Shown piece after piece: positions 29,035 through 39,282 of a DNA stretch of 64,000 nucleotides (within the stretch, counting starts at the first letter, position 1; every line of letters begins with the position of its first letter). The position numbers were made by a program, and so were the translations under genes. This stretch comes from Candidatus Bathyarchaeota archaeon (lineage in GTDB: Archaea > Thermoproteota > Bathyarchaeia > Bathyarchaeales > Bathycorpusculaceae). The notes below the pieces were generated by a model. It searched no databases, was not told where the DNA came from, and saw only the letters and a program-made list of their open reading frames with translations. The DNA lies in NCBI GenBank assembly GCA_963733095.1, contig CAVTBV010000013.1, forward strand, positions 384,001-448,000, given 5' to 3'.

Positions 29035-29500
29035 TGGCGCCTTGTCTGTTCGGGTTAGGGTGAATTTCACTAGGGTCGAGAGTCTAGTCAGTGGGGTAGC
29101 TGCTCGGCAGAGGCTTGTTTTTGGTGAATGGCAGCGACAGGGATCCGCCGAGGCTGAACATGTGTTGCGGGCTAATACGCCTGTTCGCACGGGGTTTCTG
29201 CGTGATAGTATCGTTAAGCAGTTGACGCCTTCGGGCTTCACAGTTTACCCCACAGCATCCTATGCATCAGCAGTAGAGCATGGGACTGGTCCGCACACGA
29301 TTTTTCCTTCACATGCTAAGGTTCTCTGTTTCAGGACGGGCAATCTTGGTTGGGCGTTTGGTGAAGGCGCAATATTTGCTAAGCGGGTTGAGCATCCGGG
29401 GTTTGCTGGTCGCTTCTTCATACGCAAAAGCCGTGATGAGTTGCGTGGCAAGTTAAGAGATTTGTATTTGATGCTTTGGATTAGGATGCAAAATGAGTAA
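29024..29500 (+). CDS. HK97 gp10-like neck protein
   Basis: TPVRTGFLRDSI, YASAVEHGTGPH and HPG...FF motifs. Confidence 0.85.
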   Translation: MRSSGALSVRVRVNFTRVESLVSGVAARQRLVFGEWQRQGSAEAEHVLRANTPVRTGFLRDSIVKQLTPSGFTVYPTASYASAVEHGTGPHTIFPSHAKVLCFRTGNLGWAFGEGAIFAKRVEHPGFAGRFFIRKSRDELRGKLRDLYLMLWIRMQNE

Positions 29501-29915
29501 CGGAATACTAGCTATAAAGACGGCTGTTAAGAGTGTTCTTGCGGACGCTTCTTTAGGTCAGGTTTCTAAGTGGCTCTCAGCTGAGCCTTCGCCTTCTGCT
29601 TATCCTGGATTATGTTTTGGGTGGGTTGAGTGGAGCGGCGGTCCAGTTGTTCAAGCAAATTTTGACCGCAAAAAAGCGGTTGATGAATTCTTCATAGTCA
29701 TAATTACGAAGAACGCTGATGCCGATCAAGCAGAAAGTGACGGATTGTCACTAGCCGAGAAGGCTGAAGCTTTGTTCTGTGCTGATCGTAAGTTGGGTGG
29801 TGCCGTAACTGATAGTTTGGTTACGTTGCGTGAGAAGCAAAAAGTGTTTGACGGCAAGTTCAGCGTTAATGCTGTTCGTTTGACGCTACAGACTTGGCGA
29901 TGGATGACTGGTTAG
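29493..29915 (+). CDS. Tail terminator-like protein
   Basis: 140 aa; synteny between gp10 and the tail tube; DRKLGG motif. Confidence 0.6.
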   Translation: MSNGILAIKTAVKSVLADASLGQVSKWLSAEPSPSAYPGLCFGWVEWSGGPVVQANFDRKKAVDEFFIVIITKNADADQAESDGLSLAEKAEALFCADRKLGGAVTDSLVTLREKQKVFDGKFSVNAVRLTLQTWRWMTG

Positions 29916-30044
29916 CGAGCACACCACACTATGTAGGACCTTCCTCGATACTAACGACTGGAATCAATCATCTTACATTAATTTTAAAGCGATAGGTCAA
30001 TTGTAAGTAAATTATATAACCACACAAACCCATTAGTTTCTAAT

Positions 30045-30848
30045 ATGCGTAGTCTGGGCAAATATCTGTTGTTATGCTTAGTTATTCTCTCAGCATCTAG
30101 CCTGTGGATGGTAAAACTCTCTGATGCTCAAGCCACACCTAATCCTGCTGCTACATTTGTCACTGGTGTTATATCCTCAGACACGACATGGACCAAGGTT
30201 AATAGTCCCTACAATATAACAGGCGCGGTAATAGCAAAAGGCGTAACTGTGACGATTGAACCAGGAACGGTTATTTATGTCAATGCTTTCGAAGGATTAG
30301 GCGTAATTGGGACACTTCGCGCAATAGGCACAAGTAATGAACCCATTACCCTTAACGGAGACTTTCGCATGAGAGCACCCGTTTTCGGAAGCAGTTCTTA
30401 CAACGGAATTTTATCGTTTAGCAATGAAAGCCAACCATGGGATGACAAAACAGGAACAGGATGCATCATCGAAAACACGAACATTGTTTCCTTGAGCGTC
30501 TATATTCATAATGCAACCATAAAATTGAACAATAACGTTTTCAGCGGGTACTACGAATACCATAGGCTTTGGATAGAAGGTGGTAACTCGATAGTCACCA
30601 ATAATAGAATATTAGCGGATACAATCGGAGCGGATAATAATTTTCCCCAATCTGGCAATAATACAGTTATAGGTTCTGGCGGCGTCAGTTATACACCGAA
30701 TCCAGTCAGTTATACTCCGAATCCAACTGCAACTCCTTCCCCTTCAGTTCCAGAGTTTTCTTGGTTAACAATCCTACCCATGCTTCTCGCCATACCAATT
30801 GTTCTGGTCATAATCAGAAAAACCGTTTCTAGAAACATTACTTTGTAG
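30045..30848 (+). CDS. Secreted beta-helix surface protein with PEF-type anchor (cargo)
   Basis: Signal peptide, DTTWTKVNSPY...IEPG, C-terminal VPEF-TM-RK; own TATA box. Confidence 0.85.
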   Translation: MRSLGKYLLLCLVILSASSLWMVKLSDAQATPNPAATFVTGVISSDTTWTKVNSPYNITGAVIAKGVTVTIEPGTVIYVNAFEGLGVIGTLRAIGTSNEPITLNGDFRMRAPVFGSSSYNGILSFSNESQPWDDKTGTGCIIENTNIVSLSVYIHNATIKLNNNVFSGYYEYHRLWIEGGNSIVTNNRILADTIGADNNFPQSGNNTVIGSGGVSYTPNPVSYTPNPTATPSPSVPEFSWLTILPMLLAIPIVLVIIRKTVSRNITL

Positions 30849-30979
30849 GATTGAAGCCAGCTTAAAAAGTAGTTTGGCATAAGGCGATTTTAGCTAACAC
30901 ACCTGTTAATCGATTATTTTGGTAACTGCCATTTTGGCATTACAACTAAAAATTTAGAAATTTTGGAGGAAAAAAAATT

Positions 30980-31380
30980 ATGTCTAGTCCTGTCCCTGTT
31001 TTGGGTAGAGATGCCCGTTTAATAAAATCCAGTGTAGCCATCGGTTATGGCAAAAGCATTAAGGTATCCGCGGATGCTGAAGAAATAAAAGTTTACAGTA
31101 TGGATTCTTTGCAGCCTGCTATCACTGCTGCTGGGAAGCAGTCTTTTAAGTGGTCCTGTGATCGCCTTTTCACCGATAAAACCTATTTGGCGCTGCTGAT
31201 GGCTGGCACCAAGTTTGATTTGGTGTTTGCTCCCGAGGGCGATGCTGAAGGCGATACGATTGAGACTTGGAAGAACTGTTCAGTATTTTGCATTGTGAGC
31301 GTTCAGCCGGCGAAGACGACGGTGTTCTGGAAAGCATCAGTGGTTCTGCTGAAACTGTAGAGTTCCCAGCTCCATCATAG
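30980..31380 (+). pseudogene. Tail tube protein, frameshifted
   Basis: After WKNC the protein-like continuation SILHCERSAGEDDGVLESISGSAETVEFPAPS* is in another frame, ending at 31380. Confidence 0.65.
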
Positions 31381-31386
31381 GAGAAA

Positions 31387-31980
31387 TTGTTCTTGTCTGA
31401 AAAGAAGATGAGTTCTGCTGCAGCTGCCAAGTTGCCTGAGAATGAGGCAAAAATTGCAGAGTTTAAGAGGCGTGCTGAAGCTGACGATGCCCGAAATGAA
31501 GCAGTTGCTAAGCTATTCGATCCTGTTGCATTGCTGCAGCGAGCTGGCCAAATCCATGAAGCTCAACATCCAACTTTGGGCTTGATTCGTTATGGTGAGT
31601 TGGTGATCGCTGACTCGGAAATCATCAATAAATGCAAAAACAAAGCAGATCGCAACGCCATGAGCATCTACTTGATGCTGAAAAAAGCCTATTCTAACCT
31701 ACCTGATTATACCCCTGAGAATATTAGCGAATTTAACTGTTCTTTTCCAATGTTGGAAGCTTCAGAACTGATAAAATTCCTAAATGAACAGCCGGGTTTT
31801 TTGTTAACCAAATCGCCAACTGGATCAAGCACAGACTCAGATGCCGAAAACATCGGTTTAATTCTCTCTACTTTTCCCCAATTCAATTTCAGTAGCTTGC
31901 GGGAGCTCACAGTTTTTCAGTTTAACTATTTGGTCGCCTGGGCAAGACTGCATCAGGTTAAGGTGAGGCAGATTGGCTGA
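31387..31980 (+). CDS. Tail assembly chaperone G/GT, now fused in one frame
   Basis: Lies between the tube and the TMP; slippery G GGT TTT at 31794-31800; T-like C-terminus ...LRELTVFQFNYL. Confidence 0.75.
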   Translation: MFLSEKKMSSAAAAKLPENEAKIAEFKRRAEADDARNEAVAKLFDPVALLQRAGQIHEAQHPTLGLIRYGELVIADSEIINKCKNKADRNAMSIYLMLKKAYSNLPDYTPENISEFNCSFPMLEASELIKFLNEQPGFLLTKSPTGSSTDSDAENIGLILSTFPQFNFSSLRELTVFQFNYLVAWARLHQVKVRQIG

Positions 31981-33313
31981 TTCTGACATAGAAATCAATC
32001 TAGATCTAATCGATAATGCTAGTAGCCAGTTAGCGGAAGCTTCATCAAACATTTCCAGTAGCCTAGATGAGGTTTCAAATTCGAGTAGTCAATTGGCTTC
32101 TGCCTCTGAATCGACCGTGCCGCCTTTATCGGAGAGTGAGCAGGCTCAGATGCAATTGGCTTCTGCAGCGGTGACGTTGAAGGATGCACAGGCAACTTTG
32201 ACATCCACCACTGAGAACCTGAATGCCGCTATTCGCAAGAACGGGTCCGATAGCGAAGAGGCTGCTGTTGCTCTTCGGGATTTTACAACTGCCCAGGAGA
32301 ACGTTAAGGATAGCCAAAGTGAGCTTAATTCGATTACCAAGCAGAGTTCAGGTTCTCTAAAGGGATTTGCTCTTGGTGCTTCTGGAGCTGCAACTGCAGG
32401 CTTTAGCCTGTATAGTAGTTTTGACCGGATTGAGAAAGCGGAGCTTGCAGTTGATCGAGCTAATTTGCAGGTGCGCACTTCAACTAAGGGGGTCGAGGAT
32501 GCCCAGCGTAACCTCAATGAAGCCGTTGTTGAGCACGGGGCGAATAGTGCCGAAGCTAAAGCCGCGTCAGAGCAGCTAAGCATTGCCCAAGAGCGTCTTG
32601 AGATAGCCAACGAGCGAGCTAAGCAGTCGCAGGACAACGTCAATCAAGCAATGATGACCAGTGCAATACAGATTATTCCTTCCGCCATCACCATGGTCGA
32701 TAGTCTGAGTAGAGCTTGGAAGAATTTTCCCGAAATGACAGGCGTTCTAAAGACTCTTGGCACCAACGTTTCTGACGTTGGTAGCAAGGCGACTCTTGCA
32801 GCTATTGGGGTGGGTTCTTTTGTCGGTGGCTTCACGTTGGGGGTTACGGTGATTAAGCAGTTTGGCGACCAGTTGGGTCCGGTTGGACGGGCTCTAATGG
32901 TTGTTGTTCCCGCAATTATTGCGGCTGCAGCTGCAGTTTGGATGCTTCAAGAAGGCATAACCTTGGGCGTTGCCACCGCGGCTTTGGTTGCTTCTGGTAT
33001 TGCTGTTGGCGCTATGGTTGCGAACCTTCAGAATTACGGAAACGTCATTGGCTTAGCAGGAGGCGGAGTCATAACCAAGCCCACATATGCTTTGGTTGGG
33101 GAGGCTGGTCCGGAGATTGTTATGCCTCTTTCTCAGTATGAAAGCCAACGTAGCCAACAAACCACTCAGCCTAGCACCATGACAGGGCCTAATGTCACTT
33201 ACCTAACTTTCAATCAAAACATAAATGGCAACATCGAGACCGAGGCAGATGAGGAACGCCTCGCCCAAAAAACCATCGACAAACTGGATTACGAATTAAC
33301 CAACAGGAGGTAG
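31973..33313 (+). CDS. Tape measure protein (short, 446 aa)
   Basis: DIEINLDLIDNAS start, Ala-rich coiled coil, TM region, LAGGGVITKPTYALVGEAGPE motif. Confidence 0.88.
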   Translation: MADSDIEINLDLIDNASSQLAEASSNISSSLDEVSNSSSQLASASESTVPPLSESEQAQMQLASAAVTLKDAQATLTSTTENLNAAIRKNGSDSEEAAVALRDFTTAQENVKDSQSELNSITKQSSGSLKGFALGASGAATAGFSLYSSFDRIEKAELAVDRANLQVRTSTKGVEDAQRNLNEAVVEHGANSAEAKAASEQLSIAQERLEIANERAKQSQDNVNQAMMTSAIQIIPSAITMVDSLSRAWKNFPEMTGVLKTLGTNVSDVGSKATLAAIGVGSFVGGFTLGVTVIKQFGDQLGPVGRALMVVVPAIIAAAAAVWMLQEGITLGVATAALVASGIAVGAMVANLQNYGNVIGLAGGGVITKPTYALVGEAGPEIVMPLSQYESQRSQQTTQPSTMTGPNVTYLTFNQNINGNIETEADEERLAQKTIDKLDYELTNRR

Positions 33314-33317
33314 TACA

Positions 33318-34252
33318 ACGGCAACTCTGATAGTGGACAATTTGAATAAGACGGTGGATGACTATCAAGGTTTTTGGAGCGATAACCCTTACGAAACCGG
33401 CATGGGCTGGCAATTCAGAATCGTATCTCCTACCACATTCTCAAGAATAGTCACTAAATTAAGAGCTATTAGCGAAGGCTCAACTCCTGCTTCTGGAAGC
33501 TTAATTGCCTACATTTACTCTAGCGATGGTTCTTTTCGAAGTACAGCCGCCTATGCCGACGCTTTGATTGCAGCAAGCCTAAACAGCATTGATATCGGGA
33601 ACCTTAATTCAAGCTGGTCGGAGCAAGACTTCAACTTTGACGACGTCGAGTTGGAGCCAGGTATCTATTTTTTCTGTCTCAAAACAAGCAGCTACGTTAG
33701 AAATGATGGTTATCTTCAAGTGGCGATAACATCGGGTTCGTCGTCTCTTGTTGGTTCTTGGACTTATTGGGATAGCGATGGAGCGGGCGGGGGGTATTGG
33801 TATTCGGAGGATGAGGACTGATGAGTTGGTGGGCGGGAGTCTTTGGCATCTACGGATCACAGCAGCCAGTCACCTCTTGGAGCATCGGCGGCGTCGATTT
33901 GCCTTATGGACCTGAAAGCATCCGATTGCCCGCATCAGCGCAAAAAGACAGCGTAAATGTTACCTCTTCGCTGCCAATCAATATCTACGACGGCCTAAAA
34001 GAATGCACACTCACATTAACAGGAACCATAGCCAACCCAACATTGACTGACGCCGAGCTCTGGAGCAAAATCATTGTGCCCCTACAAGCATTGATTGGAA
34101 CTGAAGTAACCCTCTTGTGTCCCATAGTTGCGCTGGTAGGCGAGTATGGTTTTGACAGCTTCAACGTTGAACGCGATACAAAGTTGGCGATTTACAGGTA
34201 TACCATAAAGTTGAGCAAGGGCTCACTGAATTTGGTGGAGGCGACTTATTAG
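33318..34252 (+). pseudogene. Distal tail (Dit-like) protein with an N-terminal beta-sandwich; probably one split gene
   Basis: Track ORFs 33333..33821 and 33821..34252 join as YWYSEDED / SWWAGVFGIYG; the in-frame codon after the AGGAGG RBS is ACG (33318). Confidence 0.5.
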
Positions 34253-35891
34253 ATGGGTTGGGTTGCGCTTTGGTATAATCCAGACACAGACGAAGAGGGG
34301 CAGTTTGTTGGCGCAAAAATTGAGCAAATTTTAGAGGAGATCACTCCCGAGAGCTATGCTACCTTCAAAGTCCCCAAAACCTACGAGTACCTAAACATAG
34401 CAAGAGACATCCGCTATCCAAGCAACCAATACTACGCGGGCTTATGGTACCCCGATCCAATGCGATCCCCAATTTATCAAGGCACCCTTGTCGGAGCGCA
34501 GCTTGAAGGCAAATTCATTAAATTTACGATTGTGGATGGGGCAGTCATAAAACTGGACCGCTCCGAGCCCTACACTGGCGTCTTTGATGAAACCCCAGCG
34601 GTCGATATGCTCTTAGAAATATTTGAGGATCTGGACTTGGATGTCTCAATTGGAGATTGTCCCTCAACAGAGATGTCTGTTGTTTTCTACAACGCAAACC
34701 CGCTTGACATTGTCAAGTTTGTTGCTGACGCTTTGGGCTTGGAGTATTGGGGGGATGGATATCAGACAATTAACATCGGTTCGCGAGGTCTTAATCAATG
34801 GTATCCCAATTACCAGCGGGTTTTCGCTGACACCAGCGGGGTAGATTCCTCGAAGAATTATGATCGGGTGATTGTGCGGGGCGTGGATTTGATGGGTCGA
34901 CATATCCGTGGCGTCGCAGGAGAGGGATCAAACGTTAAGACGACTTAGCGAATCTAACCCCTGCGAAGCGGAGGTTTTAAACAATATGGCAGCCAAAAAA
35001 CTCGCTGAACTGAACAATTCCTCGATTGGGGCGCCAATCTCATTTCTAAATTCTGACTCGTATGATTGGCGGGTAGGCGACTACGTTTATGTTTGGCGAG
35101 ATGATTTGCTTATTTTCTCAGATCAAAACTCCTCGCGTATAATGCAATTAACGCGAACGCCAACCAAAGCTACATGCCAACTGGGACGTCTCAAAGAGTC
35201 GGTAGCCAAGAATATTGCGGATCTTCGGCGTTGGGAAGAGCAGGGCATCTATTTACCTGGCTGCACGAGCTGGACCATAAACTTACAGGACCTCGTGGGA
35301 TTCTACCATCTAAATGAAGGCTCGGGAGTGGTTGCTCGAGATTCGAGCCCACGAGTTGATCCGCAAGATGGAAACATTGTTAACTGTGCCTGGCAGCAAA
35401 ATCAATACCTAAAATTCCTCACATTCAACGGCGGATCGTCTTATGTTGATATTGGAGACTCAATCACCTTCCAGTCAACAGGCAAATTTAGCGTTGGCGG
35501 CTGGATAAGCCCTTCAGTGCAAGACGGAAATAGCCGTAACATAATCCATAAAGACGGCCAATTTACCCTCAAAGTGGTAAACGGAACCGTCATTCTCATA
35601 GTCTACGATTCAGGCGGCACTCCTCACATTTTCACGACTGCGTCAATTGTAACGGTGGGCGGTCGCAACTTTGTCATGGCAACATACGATGGGACTACCA
35701 TCCGAATTTATCGAAATACCAAAGTTGTCCTCGAACAAAACATCGGCATGTCAATTCACTCATCGACAAACAAAGTCTACATTGGCATGGGTTTTCAGGG
35801 TGCCCTTGGCGAAGTGATGCTTTGGCAGCGCTGCCTATATGATCAGGAGGTGGTGGAGCTTTACTTTTTTCCCCTTGTCCGAACTGTATAG
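34253..35891 (+). pseudogene. Baseplate hub/Tal-like protein with C-terminal LamG domain, frameshifted
   Basis: YDRVIVRG hub-like motif; +1 shift near 34943 (NVKT / LSESNP); LamG FNGGSSYVDIG...ATYDG. Confidence 0.7.
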
Positions 35892-36282
35892 CTGGGTAGA
35901 AGTAGAAGTTGCAAACTCCACCCGCCATTTCCCCTATACCTACCAGCGCCTAATGCGAATTCGGCATCATCAATATCCGCCATAATGGAATCCGTTGGGA
36001 ATGCGTCACTTGCAGTACCCAAGTACTATTGCTCCATGAGCAAAAAGGCACATTCATACAACCAAGTTGCCTCCTACAACCCCAACGACAGCTTGGTCTT
36101 CGATGTAAATCCATTCAACCGGGAGATATTCCAGTAATGCCCATAACACATCATACCCAAGCGGTAACTCCTGGAAAGATCCCATGGCAATCCTACAACG
36201 AAAACCATGACTATAGCAACTTAGATGCTTCAACCCTCAACGGATCCACAAAAGTCAGATAATCGAGGAAGCACAAGAGGGT

Positions 36283-37216
36283 ATGGGCGGCGGAGAACCA
36301 GGCGAAACAACCATCATTGACAAACCTACTGGTGTTCAGTTTTTCAAGGGCATGATTCTTCTGTGGTCGGGTAAAATAGGCGATATCCCCAACGGATGGC
36401 ACCTATGCGACGGCACAGAAGGGGACTCCAGACTTAACGGATCGATTCATCAAAGGTGCCTCAAGCGACTCTGACATCGGCGACACAGGCGGAAAAACAA
36501 CCCTTCAGCATAGCGAATTAGATATCGAGGTCAATGTTGCCGACCATTCAAGCCACATCCACACTTATAGCGATGTTCTAGAGCATACTCACCCAATAAC
36601 TGACCCTGGACATTCGCACAACGAAGGCTACAGAAACTCGGGCACAGCAGGTACAGCAGGCGTTCAAGGTTGCAGTTCAGCAAACAACGCCTATATCGCA
36701 AACGGCATTCAAGGTAAAACAACAGGCATCACAGTTGACAACCCAGCTGGCGCCCTCGCTCAAGGTGAAACCGACGGCACAACCCTAAATCATGAGGTCA
36801 GCGTAGAGGTTGATTCGCTTAAACCGCACGTGTGTGTTGAGCCGCCCTTCTACAAATTAGCATTCATCATGTTCATTGGAGGTGAAAATTTGACAGATTG
36901 CATCATTAGAGTGTTCTGTTCTCTCCCATCTAACACGGGCGTGGAGGTTGGAGATGATACAGTTGAGCGAGGAGTATATGACGAATCAGGCGACGGATCG
37001 CAGAAAGTCCAGACGTTTGTAGTGCAAAAAGGCTCAATTCTAAACTTGCAGCTCTACAACAACTCTGGAAGCGACAAAGTCCTTGGCTTCGAATATGAAA
37101 GCGCAGAAGATGGACGCACACACGGAGAAGGGATCACCTCGATACCAAATGAAAACGGTAGAACCTTCAAGTTTGTTGCTGATCAGAGCGGAGATCTCTG
37201 GATATACGAGGATTAG
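36283..37216 (+). pseudogene. Tail-collar / short fibre protein, frameshifted
   Basis: KGMILLWSG..DIPNGWHLCDG; one extra G in 36421-36424; then TPDLTDRFIKGA...HxH repeats...PPFYKLAFIM continuing to 37216. Confidence 0.8.
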
Positions 37217-37226
37217 GTGACTTGGA

Positions 37227-38045
37227 ATGCCTGTGACTCTACAATTCACTGCAGATGTTTTGGAACCCGACCTCTACAATGACGTGCAGGGGTTGCCCGA
37301 TCCCTTTGGCATGGCTGTTATGGTTGGGATAAGCAACACCTACACCGCTGGGCTTTATTTCAGGGTTAGGCTTGTTTCACCGCCCGCCGACTACACAGTC
37401 TACCAGGTTAACCTTGGATTGCTCAACGCCGGAAGCTCAAGCATCTACTCCCCAATTTTCACAAGAAACATCCCAACATTAACCGCTGGCGAATACGACG
37501 AAACCGTAACCATGAGACTCGAAGCATTCTCAGACGCAGGGTACTCGGTTCCATACGGGTCAAAAGACCTCTCAGTTAATATTCACCACTTCGACCACTT
37601 AGATCCTGCTTGGACAGTTATAGAGCACGCTGATTTCAATGGAAGCATGAACGGCTGGAGCCTCTACTCAGCCCAAGGCGGCTACGACACAACATACTTC
37701 TACTCCTCACCCTCATCAGTCCGCGTAACATATACAGGCAGCTCAAACTATGGACCAGGCTACCTCAAAAAAACAATCACCGTCGGCGCTTACTCAAAAG
37801 CACGGCTGGTTATCCATCACTATGGCAGAAGTGGAAGCGACTACCAAAACAACGACGACTTCGAACTCACTGTCGCGGGGGTTCTTAAAAAGCAAAGACC
37901 CCTACCGTTACCCTACAATCAATGGAACCGCTTATGCTTTAACATGCCAGTTAACCAATCGTCTGAAATCTACTTCTGGATAGGCGGCCACCTCTACCAT
38001 TATCCCATGTATTACGTCGACGAAATCTGGGTCATCGCAAAATAG
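37227..38045 (+). CDS. Putative tail receptor-binding protein
   Basis: Intact 272 aa; aromatic-rich beta-sandwich C-domain ending YYVDEIWVIAK; last tail gene. Confidence 0.55.
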   Translation: MPVTLQFTADVLEPDLYNDVQGLPDPFGMAVMVGISNTYTAGLYFRVRLVSPPADYTVYQVNLGLLNAGSSSIYSPIFTRNIPTLTAGEYDETVTMRLEAFSDAGYSVPYGSKDLSVNIHHFDHLDPAWTVIEHADFNGSMNGWSLYSAQGGYDTTYFYSSPSSVRVTYTGSSNYGPGYLKKTITVGAYSKARLVIHHYGRSGSDYQNNDDFELTVAGVLKKQRPLPLPYNQWNRLCFNMPVNQSSEIYFWIGGHLYHYPMYYVDEIWVIAK

Positions 38046-38079
38046 CATTAAACGCTTTTGTTGGCACGTTTGCCATAAA

Positions 38080-38109
38080 CATATAGGCGCATTTGTAATG
38101 CGCTATATG
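38080..38109. terminator. Hairpin between convergent genes
   Basis: CATATAGGCGCATT-TGT-AATGCGCTATATG followed by a T-run. Confidence 0.5.
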
Positions 38110-38114
38110 CTTTT

Positions 38115-39071
38115 TTATAAGTCTGTTTGAAGTGATGACAAGACAGCAGGGTGTTTGCGTTTCTTGAAGCAAACCAGCAGACCTACACCTGCAACAGCCA
38201 CTGATACAACGATTACTATGACCAAGGTTGTAAGGAACGGCTCTGTTTTTGGTGGTTCGGGACCAGTATTAATGGTTGGATACGGTGTCAAAGTCGGCGT
38301 TGTCGGGATGCCAAAGTTAGGAATTTCGAAATCGGTTATCGGATTGACCAATGGGTGGTAGTCAATGCTTCTGTTAGTTGCCCAAGTGACTTCATCCACA
38401 TAGGGCGTGTCCCAGATTCCCAACCCAACAACTTCAGAGGCGTTTGGGTATTTGGAGGTGTAGTTGCTCCAGTAGTTCCTATCAACAAATGGTGCATCCG
38501 ATAAGTCAACAAGTGTGCCACTATCGAAGAAGTTGTTTTCAGTAATGATATCAAGCCCACCATGATTATAATCAACAAAAATTCTTGAATTCATGAACAC
38601 ATTACGCTCAACTATATTTCCCACTCCGCTACCGCCTAGAATGTGTATGCCTGCACTTTCAAAGCGGTTGCCGATGAAACTGTTATTGTTTGACGGCGTG
38701 TAAATGCCTTCCAAGAAATTACTAATTCGCAGATTCTTCACCAAGACGTTACCATAAGCATTGACTGTTTCATCATGCCCCACCAGATTTATCCCTCTCA
38801 CGTTTACTGTCTGGTTGCCTTCAAGGGTATGTCCTGCTCCGTCGATTGTAATTCCTGCTTTTTGAACTGTTATGGTGCCAAAAAAATCCACTACAAAGGT
38901 GTAGGTGCTCCCGTTTCTTTGAAGCCAAATGAAATCAGTGTCTGGTTCAATGCTTCCATCTGGCTTGATTGTTAGGTTTAGTGGTTCTTGTTCTTGCGCT
39001 TTAACTGGTAAGGCGAGGATTGAAAGAGAAACTATAAGGCACACAGTAACTAAAGCAATGCAGGCTTTCAT
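38115..39071 (-). CDS. NosD-like beta-helix surface protein (cargo)
   Basis: IKPDGSI, IDGAGHTL, NYWSNY...GIWDTPY...DYHPL; EPF-TM-KKRK anchor. Confidence 0.85.
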   Translation of the reverse strand: MKACIALVTVCLIVSLSILALPVKAQEQEPLNLTIKPDGSIEPDTDFIWLQRNGSTYTFVVDFFGTITVQKAGITIDGAGHTLEGNQTVNVRGINLVGHDETVNAYGNVLVKNLRISNFLEGIYTPSNNNSFIGNRFESAGIHILGGSGVGNIVERNVFMNSRIFVDYNHGGLDIITENNFFDSGTLVDLSDAPFVDRNYWSNYTSKYPNASEVVGLGIWDTPYVDEVTWATNRSIDYHPLVNPITDFEIPNFGIPTTPTLTPYPTINTGPEPPKTEPFLTTLVIVIVVSVAVAGVGLLVCFKKRKHPAVLSSLQTDL

Positions 39072-39112
39072 TTCTTATCTGAAAATAGTCATGAAGTTTT
39101 CGTCTTATAGGT

Positions 39113-39206
39113 ATTTTCGTCAAGGAACATTGACTAAGCACTCAACTAAAGCGGGCGGTTTTTTTAGTCAAACTTTATTGACTAAGACTAACTAAACATT
39201 AGAACA
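39113..39206. repeat. Two palindromic sites (ATTTTCGTCAA-GGAACA-TTGACTAAGCA; TTTTTAGTCAA-ACTTTA-TTGACTAAGAC)
   Basis: Seen directly between two divergent cargo genes; the second has perfect 8-bp arms. Confidence 0.8.
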
Positions 39207-39282
39207 GTTTAGGATAGGGATAGAAATAAGAGCTTTGACACCATGTTTAGCGATGATTAGGTGGCTTAAGGTTGGCTATTGA

